DNA of 64,000 nucleotides, from positions 32,178,001 through 32,242,000 of the forward strand of contig CM060732.1 in the NCBI GenBank assembly GCA_030704615.1, in the 5' to 3' direction. This document shows positions 24,846-35,608 of the stretch, piece after piece. The DNA comes from Takakia lepidozioides (Eukaryota; Plantae; Bryophyta). The notes beneath the pieces were generated by a model. It was not told the DNA's origin, did not search any database, and saw only the letters and a program-made list of their open reading frames with translations. How positions within the stretch are numbered: position 1 is the stretch's first letter; the number at the start of each line of letters is the position of its first letter. A program made the translations under genes and the position numbers.

Positions 24846-27800
24846 GGAGCAGTAGTGTGGTCCTGAAAGGTCCTTGAGCAAGTTGTCAGAGCCATTTCAA
24901 TCCATGTTTTATTCTTTCTGTTCTACTTGCATCTTACTCACTGAGCGTTTTTGTGGGTTGGGATTTATCTCCTTTTTTCAGGTACACGAAATATGTGCTT
25001 ATGGAAGGAAATCACCTGAGCGGAATTCCCGACTATCTTGACATGTGGTCGGACCCTGCAAACGATCCAACCATGTATACTGCAGGGATATTGAAGGACT
25101 GGAGTCCTTCTCACTTCAGAGACTGTGGGTGGTACCTTGACTGCCCACCTGAGCACACGACCTTTCAAGAACAGCATATGAAATACTTGAACAATAACGC
25201 TGAGATGCTGGCGCCTTTGACTGACGAAGAGTATCAACGAAACATAGCAACCTTGGCTGCCAAGGAGCCTGATGCTCAGGGAACGCCGCAGAAGGGAAAG
25301 AAGGCGGGCCGCAAACCAAAAGACAAGGCTGTTGATGTCATAGCCATCTCACCAGCAAAGCCAAAGGACAAAGACAAGTCCAAAGAGAAGGAAAAGGACA
25401 AGGGGAAGGAGAATGAAAAGGAGATGGAGAGTGGGCAGGACTTTAGTGCTGGAAGATATACCCGTACTCTTCAGTTCGTGTTCGATGCCAAGCCACACCC
25501 TTCCCGTTCTGATTCAGCAGGAGAGATGAAAATTGTTTCGATGATGCAGAGTCGAAAGAGAGGATACACTGGGGTGCCATCCCCTACCTGGGACAATATA
25601 ATCTCATTCCTCAATCTGGTGAGAATTCCAGTTACTTTCCTTTTCTCTGAAAGTTTCGTTGGCAGTATTTCAGTCTCGTTCTTTGAAAACATTCTTGCCA
25701 TCGTTCTTATAAAAAACATGTCTGTTGCAGGTGAGCACAGGTCCCACCTTCGTATGCGGTGTGCAGAAAACTTATGCGGCCGACATTGTCATTCTCGACA
25801 TCCCGGATGGCCAGGCTGTGCCAGAAGTTCTTCAAGGGCAAGACGCCAGGCTGGAACAAATTCGAGGACAACTACGGGAGTTGGGTGTTCGGGTTCTGTA
25901 ACAATTTCCTCTCTGATGCAGGGACACTTCTGCTTTTTCAGTCATGTGACAATGATAGTCGTCGGGCATTGGCATCATACCTCAAGTCTTCAGGGTTTGA
26001 AGTTTTGCGCACATGGAATTGTGTGAACAGCCTCTACCTTGTGAAAGGGGGTTTCCCTGGTCAGCTGGTATGCCGTCTCCCTTCTGCTTGTGCTTTGATC
26101 ATGAGTTTCAATTTCTCTGCAGCTCCACTCTAGTAGAATGTTTTATGATCGACACCGATCATCAACGATTCATGATTTTTTGTGTGTCAGAGTTCTGAAT
26201 AGCCGATGTACACACTTCCACTTTAGATTGTGTTTACCACACTAACCTGCTATCTTTGGCAGACGAGGATGTTCGAGGCGATCTGCCTGCAGAGGATTCG
26301 CACATCAAAGACACCATCCTCCATCCGCAACTTTGAGATTTCTGACCAGGGTTGTTTCGTCAAACCCCCCTATGAGCCCCATGTCGATGACATTTTGTAC
26401 AACTTCATGCAGTCTAGTTAGACTCTGAAGAGACCAGATGGCACTCCCTGGAGAGGTGCAAAGGAAAAGTCACCAGCATTCATGCAAATACTGCTGGAGT
26501 CATGCAGCCACCGCTCTGCACGGGTGGTCGATCTTTCTGTGTCCACAGGTTCGTTTTTTCCCTTCCGAATTGGTTTCCTTTCAACAGTTTCATCTGCTTA
26601 AATCCCCCCTCCAAACTGTTCATGTTCTCCTGTCTGGTGCAGGAGCAACTTACCACGCATGCAAGGCAGGCGGAAGAAGCCTTTTTGGCATGGAGGGTGA
26701 TTCTGACCTCTACAACACCGTGCTCTTCCCCCTTTTGTCTGGCTCCACTTCAGGCACACAGACTGATCGGATTCAAATTCGAAATGATGACGATCCCGAA
26801 GATAAGCAGGTCGACAACGACTTTTCATGTGAGTAAGTGCTAAACCCTCTTTGGGAGTCATACTCAATTTCTCGATAACATCAAAGTTACAGTAATAACT
26901 TTTTCAGGCTGTCTTTCAGGAAAGCCAGCGGTGGATCTTCAGGAGATACAGTCATTTCTGGCAAGTCTGTTTTTGACAGCCCCCTTTCCAATTTTCTGCT
27001 CCCTGTTTATGCCGAAGCAATGGCACTTCACGCGGCCGAGTCCCTATCCCCTGACTTTTTAGTGGCCAGCCGTAGGTGTATCCAGCGTGGATCCGGTGTT
27101 CTAAAATACTTAGACTTAGATGCAGAGGAAGAGGGGATACATTGTACTGACTCTGAGTCAGACTGAACTGTATTCTTTTAATATTCATTTTCATATTATC
27201 TGGAAAACGTTGAATCCCCTTCCTCTACCGTAGTTGTTCCTTTAGAACAAATAATAATCACAGAATCAACTTTCGTTTAAATTGCTATTGTATGAATCCA
27301 TCTCACAAACCTTCCTGACTCTTTTCATATCCATTGTGCATTCATCTACACTGTATTCATGCGTGCTCCATTCATGAAAGCTTCCTTTGTACAACATCCA
27401 TTGTACATTCATCCTCTGTACTCTTTAATCCACCCCACAAACCTTCCACACTCATTTCATATACTTTGTGCATTCGTCAAAAGATTTGGTCATGCATCTT
27501 CCTGTCATGAATTTTTGTCATTGCTCAACATCCTTTATACATTCATCCATTTTACTCTTATCCATCCGTCATTCATCCATCTACATACATTTTCCACACT
27601 CATCCATCTGTTTATCATCCAACTGTACATTCATCCATCCTTTATTCAATGCCTTTTATTATGTCGTCCAGCTTGTTTCCGCGGTAAAGGGTGCCAATCC
27701 GCGGGAATACACTCCACTTCTTTCTGGGTGCGTGGTGACTTGGCCTTCACGTGTGATGACGTGGACTGAGCCCCGTGACGTGGCATTTGCGCAAGGTGAC

Positions 27801-27854
27801 GTGGCGTGAGCGCAGTTGCGCTCACGTGACCAGGCTCACGCCGAGGCATCCCTG

Positions 27855-27863
27855 GTTGGTATC
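27855..27863 (+). repeat. right target-site duplication GTTGGTATC of the outer MULE
   Basis: Identical to 2388-2396. Confidence 0.9.
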
Positions 27864-29127
27864 CACGAACTGCAGACACAGGCAACAAGTCAGGGTACTG
27901 CTGTACCAACTGAGCCACATGGCGCAGTGAGACGCGTCGTGCAGTCTCATCCCTCTTCACATACAGGTAACGCCTTACCCGCACACCTGCCTGTAGCACA
28001 ACAGCCAATCCGGTGCTGATCCCACCAAACAAGTCCAGAAAGCAAATGCCTTCATCCGGATACTGCCACACAATAGGTGTGGTATCCAATGGCGACAACT
28101 GAGGTGGTCCTGGTGCAATACCCGCACTCTCCTCCTCTCCTGAAGGTACAAAAGCCTCTACCCAGGCTTGTTGCACCCGTCGATCAGCAACCTGTTGCAA
28201 ATCCTTGCTCGTACCCCACAATGGAGTGTGAGCAACCATGGCAGGCAACTCCGCCATACCATGCATGTCATCCTGCTTTGCTGGAGGTGGCACATCCTCT
28301 GCATGGGCATTGCCTTCCAGCAACTCTCTAGGCCAACTAACTGCAGCTGTAAAGGCGGCTAGTGTTGGCATCTTGTCCCGCTGGGCAGCCGCTATACCCC
28401 CAATGAATGTCACAGGGAGCTGTGCACGGCGACCATCGCCTGATTGCCATCCAGGCCTGTAGGATGCTGACTCCTCCCAAAAGTCCAGGGTGAAGCCCAT
28501 GGGATATAATACTGCCCCACCAACGAGGACATCGTAAGAGATCGCGTCTGTCACAATGGCCTTGGCTCGCATCACTGAGCCATCTATAGGATGATCCGGC
28601 TGCAGTCTAATGGCCAACTGATGTCGTGTCATGCCCCGAGCCTGCTCTGATCCTCCCAGAGACGTCTGTATCTGGAAAGGACAAGGCTCCATATCCGCCG
28701 CCATGAGGCCCAAACCTGCAATAGCAGCTCTGCCCAACATCAGTGGCTGAGCTCCCGAGTCCAACAAGACCCGCAGTGGCCGGTACTTCTTGCCTGCCGG
28801 TCCACTCAAAGTGAAAATGCCTCCCTGGTTGTCTAACAAGACAACTCCAGGTGTCACCATGGCGCGCTCAAAGGCTGGCCTAGCTGGCAGCTCCGTCAAC
28901 CTGGCAGCTGCAGCTTGCCAGGGCGCAGCCGTGGCAGTCTTGACCCTCAAATCCGAGGATCCCTCTGCCACTACACCTTCCACTAACTCCGCAGAAGATG
29001 AAATGACCTCCCCACTCTCACAGAGTGTTGCTGCTAGTCTGAACACTGCAGCTGGTCTCACCCCCGACGTCGCAATCATTGTTGCCGAGAACAGTGGGGC
29101 CTGACACACAGAGGTGGCTGCCCCCAA
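27855..29127 (-). pseudogene. gypsy aspartic protease plus N-terminal part of the C5-MTase (motifs I-II)
   Basis: RVLLDSGAQ (DSG at 28753-28761), YDVLVG, then FLDLFGGISTGLAVVLQAGVRVRRYLYVKRD. This resembles DNMT3 LSLFDGIATG, with the expected motif II Glu appearing as Lys. Confidence 0.88.
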
Positions 29128-30999
29128 TACACACCGGCCGCACTAGCCTTGGCAGCAGGAGTCAATGCTGCACGTGTAGCTCTCCCCAATGGCATAGTAA
29201 CCTCCGCCTCGGTAACAGTCGGGCGAGAACTAGGTGCCATGGATGGCGTCGACACAGTCTCCGCCAATGTGAATGACTGAGGCAGCCTTGCCTGACGGCT
29301 TGCCTCCCCACGTTGTGGATCCAACGCCACCTCTGCACCTCGTGGCTCAGGAACTCGTGCTGCTCCTCGAGTCACGGCTGCAGCAGACTCCATTTGCTCT
29401 AGTGGTAGTGCTGCTCCGCACATGAATCCCATGCCTCCCATATCTCCTCCCTCAGGAGCAGGAGGTGGACCATCCCACCTGGGAGCCGTACCGCCTGAGC
29501 TATAGCCATGGCAGCGAGCCTATGCTCTAGCTGCTGAAGCCGATTGGCCATGCCTTGGTCAACACCCTGACCTCCGCGTCCTTGGCCATGTGGAGCTTGC
29601 CCTTGGCCTGCACATCGTGCCCGACCACCTCGTCCTCTTTGGGCTGGTCCACCTCGCCCCCGGCCACCATTGTTCCCTTGGAACTGGCCTGGGCGCAACT
29701 CAGGATGCAAGTCATAACACTGGGGCATCTCCATGCCCATACTTGCCACAATGCCCACATGCAACTGTGCAGGCTGTGCTTGTGCCGGCCTTTTGCCACT
29801 CTCTGGGCAATCTCTCTTGACATAGGGTCCTCCACATGTCCAACATATCACCCCTGGTTGTTGTTGGCCTGCAAAAGATGCCACGGGCCTCTGCACCTGA
29901 GGTCCCCTGTAAGCTCCATGGAACTTGGGCTGGGCAACCTTGCCCCCCTGACCACGCTGTTGGGCAGTCCCTTGTGCTTGTGGGCTGACAGCTGTGCCCC
30001 GTGCAGGCATGTCCTTGCCAAATCCAATTGTAACAACTCGCTCCTCCACCATGTTGAGCTCAATCCGCTCAGCCAGCAAAAACACATCTGCTAATGTGGG
30101 TTGGGCTGCTTGTAACAGGGTTGCATCTCACACCCTTCTCTTGAGCTCCTTGTCCAGAATTCCATACCAAAACTGGATTGCCTGAGCTTTAGTAATCCCT
30201 TGGGTCACACTTATCAAGCGCCTTATACGAGTGTACGCCTCTCGCAGGCTCTCACTGGGTTTGCGCTGGAAGTCTTGCAAACTTCGCAGCTTCTCTGTCC
30301 GTACACCTTGGTAGTTCCTCCGCAATTCCTGGAAGAACTCCACCACCGGGTTGAATCTAGGCACATGTGTTGTCGTCGTGGCAGGAGGAGTAGTAGCACC
30401 TTTTGAACTGGTACCACCTGCGGAAGTACCAGCACTACTTGCTCCACTACTATGCTGGCAGTGGGAGCTATTGGTACTGATGCAGCTACTGGTCGCGTCG
30501 TGCCTCGAGTAATGGAGACGTAGTCAGGTGACCAATACATCCTCCACTCCTCAATCTCTGCTTCATGTCCTCGCCTGAACTCGTGGTAATCGTCCATAGG
30601 CGGGCCTTCCAAATGCTGGAACAGTCCCTTCCACGCCATGAATGGGGTGAATAGCTGTGGATTGCGCATCTGCTGCAAATCACACCAGCTATCGAACTCC
30701 TGGATAAAGTCATCCAACTCAATTGTGCCCACAGCTCCAGAGTACCTACAAGGCCCCTTGGTGGCTCCATACATCTCCTCCATGTCGTCCCACAACAATG
30801 GCGAATGAAAGTGCACACCTGTTGATGAAGCCTCCGAGTCTGTGTCTGACTCTACAGTAATTGAGGGTGGCGGTGAAGGTGGTCTGAACCGACTACCTCG
30901 TCTTGTGAACCCACTCTCACTGTTACTGCCTGTAGCTGTACTCCCCTCAAAACCTTTGGGTAGCTCCGTAATGACACTCACAATGTGCACCTCCTCCAC
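29128..30999 (-). pseudogene. gypsy gag (frameshifted)
   Basis: ELDDFIQEFDSW, LQDFQRKPSESLREAYTR, QFWYGILDKELK, knuckle CWTCGGPYVKRDC and a Gly/Arg-rich stretch, spread over several frames. Confidence 0.8.
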
Positions 31000-31518
31000 G
31001 TGACACTATAAGGCTCTAGTACTAATCTAATAGTGACACGGGTGGGCACCTGTTGCAGTTTAAGGGTCATATCCCAATGGCTCAGGGCACTTGCACCTGC
31101 ATCCACCGCAAGAACTCCTATGGTTGGCTGGTCATCAACCCAGCCTCACCATAGAAGAAACACTGGTGGTCTTGCTGGTCATCACTCCAGCCTCACCACC
31201 GACAGCACACTCTAGGATTGACCGGTGATCAAATCCGGCCTAATCCCTATGAAAGCAAGCGCCCACACAAAACCAACATGGCGCACAGTCAAGCATGCAG
31301 GTGTTGGGGAGGATCCAAACACAAGAAATCAAAACATCAACACCCCCACACCAAAATCCAGCAGCAACGATGATCCTGCAGAATATCCCAGCCCAAAACC
31401 CCGAACTGACTGGCCTCCACCAAGAGAGGCTTTGGCAACTACAAGTACAAGGTAATGAAAATAGTACAGAGATGGAGGGGAAGAATAGAAGCCCGACCAA
31501 GCAAGATCTAATCCTGAT

Positions 31519-32268
31519 CTATGCTATCAACTGCCAGACTTCTCTCAAAGTGCCTCGCTCTGCATGATGGTAAGGTGTAGGAGGTATATCTATGTCCAGA
31601 AACCTACCACTAACCTTGTCCCAAGCTACAGTAGCTCGCTCTAACCAACCCTCCTCCTCTTTCTGCCAGGTAGAGACCAAGCAACACTCTGCTATCTCCC
31701 GCTCACTGAACACTAAAGAAAACAAAGGTAGGGTCTGATAGTCTCTCAACTCGAAAGCTTTGAGACGGTTGCGGGTGTCCTCATTGCGAATGACTGCATC
31801 TCCTTCACGCACAACAAACATGTCATTGCTGATGAACCCCCGCTCGTGGTTGCCCTGTGCAGAGCGTATCCGGCTGCAACCGTGTCTGATTGCAGAAACT
31901 TGTGTAGCTCCTGCTCCTCTGCTCCAGTACACCACGGCCTTGTGGCTGAACACCTTGGTCCCCGGGACTGTCTTTGGCTGTGTTCCAAGCCTAGCTTTCA
32001 CCCACTTTGGTATTTCATTTACAGCTGTAGAACTGCTGGCTCCAACAGAGTTCTGACTGTTCAAGGCGATATTGAGGCCCTCAACGCCAACTACAGCAGT
32101 CTGTTGTCTACTGCTAATGCCTGACTCCCAGTATGCAATCAACTCGTCCAACTGTTCTCCACTCAAATCAGTCTGAGTTCCTTGGGAAACATAAATCCTG
32201 TCCCCTTGTGTGCACAGGCTAAGAGAAGAGACCTGCCCTTCAATTATGTCCTCATTTCCCCTAGCCAT
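31519..32268 (-). CDS. 249-aa ORF of unknown function upstream of gag, inside the retrotransposon
   Basis: Open ORF with ATG, same strand as gag, located between the LTR region and gag. No recognised motif. Confidence 0.45.
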   Translation of the reverse strand: MARGNEDIIEGQVSSLSLCTQGDRIYVSQGTQTDLSGEQLDELIAYWESGISSRQQTAVVGVEGLNIALNSQNSVGASSSTAVNEIPKWVKARLGTQPKTVPGTKVFSHKAVVYWSRGAGATQVSAIRHGCSRIRSAQGNHERGFISNDMFVVREGDAVIRNEDTRNRLKAFELRDYQTLPLFSLVFSEREIAECCLVSTWQKEEEGWLERATVAWDKVSGRFLDIDIPPTPYHHAERGTLREVWQLIA

Positions 32269-34437
32269 ACAAGGAGTACATCCACAGATTTGTCTCTCAT
32301 ATAGACCAGCACAGGTTCTAGAAACAGAATTGTGGATCTTTCATGACACACTCACACTCTAAAAATTCCATAGATTTTTAGCAGAGTCCTAAAAACAAAA
32401 ACCAATTAGGCTCTAAATCATTCGAACTAGATCAAAAAGGTTTTTTTTTTTTTTTTTAACACCAAAACGTTCTCGCCATTAAAAACTGTTCCCATGTTAT
32501 CTACGGGTTGATCTGTCGGATAAGTGATATCCACACTTGTGCCCTCCGTTCCCTGCAGATTCCCGATTTTCCATCTGAACAGCCCGTCTCGAGTTCTCCA
32601 CACATGGGCGGGTCTTGGGGAATTACGATGAATACAGTGGCACGCTGAAGCTCAGCAGCAGGTAGACAATGTGTCCGTTAATGTAAAGAGCCTGGCAGAT
32701 CGACAGTTTGAAACGATCAATGCTTCATCTCCTGTTATGCCATTCGCATCAGCCTGCCGTAGATTGTCTGTCAGCCAATATCCGAGTTCAATTGTCCAAG
32801 CAGAAATCTACCAGAAATCTACCAACCGGCTACTGATTCCATAAATACTGGCAACTCCCATTCCGGATCTGTACTCAATGGATCAGTATAGAGTGGCTGC
32901 CCTTAGGGCGCGCTTCATCCCAACCAGGGTAATCTGCACTGAAGCCGAGATGACACTTGAAGCGGCTACTTCCACAATGCTCCCTCTTTGGTGCATTCAT
33001 CGTGCTAATCTAGCACTGCCCAAACCACGCCACAACTCTCGTTGGTGCAGGAAGTATGGCTGCCGCATTGCAGGTCTCGGGTCAGGCTCTCCATATCCTA
33101 GGCGTGCATATTGCTGCTGATATTGGGGCTGCCTTCAAATTGACTGCCAATAGGCCCGAACTTGTTTCATTAAAACCGAGACTGTCGAATTTCCGTCCAA
33201 AAAATGCTAGTGGGTATTTGCCATGACAGGCACCTGACAATGTATGAAAGCCCACCATAAAATCCGAATATCTTCAATCAGAAGTTGGAATTCGTAATGG
33301 CCTCCATTCTGGTCTGTTTCATCGCCCCTTTGGCCTGCTTCATGATCAGCTCCTACGCTAACTCAATTTTCCCACGGATTGTAATAGATCCAACTCTTTT
33401 CTTAGAGTTCAAGAGAGTTCAAAAGAGGGGCCTCTTCGGCTAGCTGACAACAGGCATGTGCCCATTGATACTCCGGTCAAGAGTAACACCTGAAAAGCTG
33501 AATTTGGCAGATCCTAAGTACTTTACATTCCAGTTTTCTCGTTAAGTAACCTGCAGTACTCATACATACTCGACTAACCGTAATAAGGAGCTTAAGGAAG
33601 TCCTGGTGGATCAGGAGGCGGGGGCGAGGGAGGTGATGGACAGCACCTTAATTACGCACTTGCTAGAAAATCTAGCCTGACCCCGTCCATCCATTTGCTT
33701 GCTTCCTCGCGATGTGCAGCCAGACAACCTCACATCAACCAGCCCACAACCACTCCTTCATGGTGGCTGGGCTATAGTCGCACACCGACTTCCCACCCAT
33801 TGCTAGTAACCATTCCACATGAAAGCCAACGACGGCACAATCTGCCTTCATGCCAGCCTGTCCCTCCTCGCTGACCAAGAAAACCAACGATAGCCAGCCA
33901 ACTTCTCAACTCGGCCTTTACTGATTGCACACCATGATATATGCCATGAACAACTTCACCAAATCGTTTGTCATCAGTACCGATATACCATTGGCACGAC
34001 GACTTGTAGACATGAGCCCATCAACCAGTCCAACACCTTGGCTGCTCACTATGTGCAGGTCTGAAACCATCAGTCTGCTCAGGAATTACCTATAGCATGG
34101 TATTTTTATCCCTGCAGCTGAAGTCGAAGACCACGGTCCACCTACTCGCGTAACCAGCTGCACCTCCGCTTCTAACCACCAAGACAATGAAGGCTTGCAT
34201 CCCAGCCTTGCGAGACAACAATAATGCTGATCGTTTCACCATGCTCGGCTCTCAATCTGCCGCTCAGCCAGTGACCGTTATAAAGGGAGAATACCCATGC
34301 ACTTTTGTGTTACCGCTTTCAACACACACAAAATCCACAAGTGCTAAAAACTAATTAAGCTCACATCTTGCACTCACAGATGCAAACTGATCTCTCTCGA
34401 GTGATAAACAAAGCTAAAAAGGACACACACTCCCAAC

Positions 34438-35608
34438 ACAAGAAATATGAAATCCATCGCTATCACTCGTTAAAACAGAAGTCGAGCCAGGGGCACCCCA
34501 AGCTATGGGGACTCCACCCCACAACAACCTGTACCCCTACATAAGCACACTCAAACCTAAACGATGCAGGAGCTCGGTCGCGCAGGCTCAACTCGAGAGA
34601 GATGAGCCACGCGACCGCCGCTCTCGTGAAGATAAGGCCGTTCAGGTGTCAAACTAAACTTGACACCTGATTTAACACTTGACCTAAATCCAAGTGTTAA
34701 ATACAAATAACTAGCTTTATTCTAGTTGTTTTCACACTGTGCTTATTTAACTTGACATGCAGTTGAGATAACATCAACTGCACCTTCTCCAATTGGGTTT
34801 ATCAGCAACCTCATTTCCATTCGGCTGTGGCTCGACCTACTGTCGACTGCGAAAGACCATCGGATGCGCTGCAACACTACATCCCGAGCTTAGTCGAAAA
34901 GACTGAAACCCATGTCATCATCAGACTCTTCCTTCGCTTCCTCCTTTTCTCCGGCAGGTGCAGCAGCAACACCTCCACCAGAGGAAGCCACCACAACCAG
35001 GGATGACGCCACCCCAAACTGTTTGCACTTCGTGATCCAGCCACTCCCGACTATTTTGGGTCCGAATCCAAAAGTTTACACGAGTCTTGTCTCCCTCCGT
35101 CCTAGTGAAAGAGAGTAGGGAAGCCAACTATCAAAGTCTTCAACCTCCACACCTCTTGGTTTTCAAACTCACGAGCAGAGACGACAACTAAATCTGCGCG
35201 CACAACCCATAGAAACAGCAGGGCCAGATGGACTCCCGCCCCAAGATATATATTATAATAATGCTAAAACAAACATTGTATCTAGCACAAGAAATATGAA
35301 ATCCATCGCTATCACTCTTTAAAATAGAAGTCGAGCCAGGGGCACCCCACGCTATGGGGACTCCACCCCACAACAACTTACACTCCCATCATAAGCACAC
35401 TCAGATCTAAACGCATGAAGGAGCTCGGTCGCGCAGGCTCAACTCGAGAGAGATGAGCTGCGCGACTGCCGCTCTCGTGAAGATAAGACGGACCAGGTGT
35501 CAAACTAAACTTGACACCTGATTTAACACTTGACCTAAATCCAAGTGTTAAATACAAATAACTAGTTTTATTCTAGCTGTTTTCACACTGTGCTTATTTA
35601 ACTTGACA
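34438..35608 (-). repeat. putative 5' LTR start region: two ~320-bp direct copies (34438-34757, 35288-35608) rich in hairpins
   Basis: Both copies end in ..TTTAACTTGACA (TGTCAAG on the minus strand). The LINE reading frame stops at the 35608 junction. LTR 3' end and PBS not located. Confidence 0.6.

Larger units (their letters stand above)
7388..27166 (+). pseudogene. outer-element ParB-like / beta-class amino-methyltransferase fusion gene, split by the nested MULE and frameshifted
   Basis: First exon 7388..7684. ParB exon ~22520-22900 (PLCRMISMPVVR..GYRLGA..FYVS; MF(Y)VWD..R broken by indels). Further motifs EKLHRLA, WYLDCPP, ILDIPDG (25797-25811), KSPAFMQILLESC..VVDLSVSTG|A. Last exon 26920..27166. 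Exon order matches the inner gene. Confidence 0.8.
2397..27854. mobile_element. outer giant Mutator-like (MULE) DNA transposon, ~11.3 kb without the nested element
   Basis: 9-bp TSD. Imperfect TIRs CAACGACGCAATGGCGTGAGC..CACGTGAGCGC and CAGGGATGCCTCGGCGTGAGC..CACGTGAGCGC. Encodes a MULE transposase and a ParB-MTase gene. Confidence 0.9.
1..35608 (-). mobile_element. Ty3/gypsy LTR retrotransposon carrying a C5-DNA methyltransferase; interrupted by the 2397..27854 MULE; 3' part runs off the window
   Basis: Minus-strand order: putative LTR start TGTCAAG at 35608, extra ORF, gag with CCHC-like knuckles, protease (LLDSGA), C5-MTase, RT (YIDD at 621-632), RNase H. Removing 2397..27863 restores the frame PVSAVRGYQQALPADISLL. 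Confidence 0.9.

Noticed and set aside
27290-27650. His/Ile/Phe-rich ORFs
   Set aside because: Low-complexity CATTCATCCAT-type sequence near the element end; no coding evidence.
32460-32495. Primer-binding site / LTR 3' end (minus strand CAGTTTTTAATGGCGAGAA)
   Set aside because: Could not be matched to a tRNA 3' end, and there is no second LTR in the window to fix the boundary.
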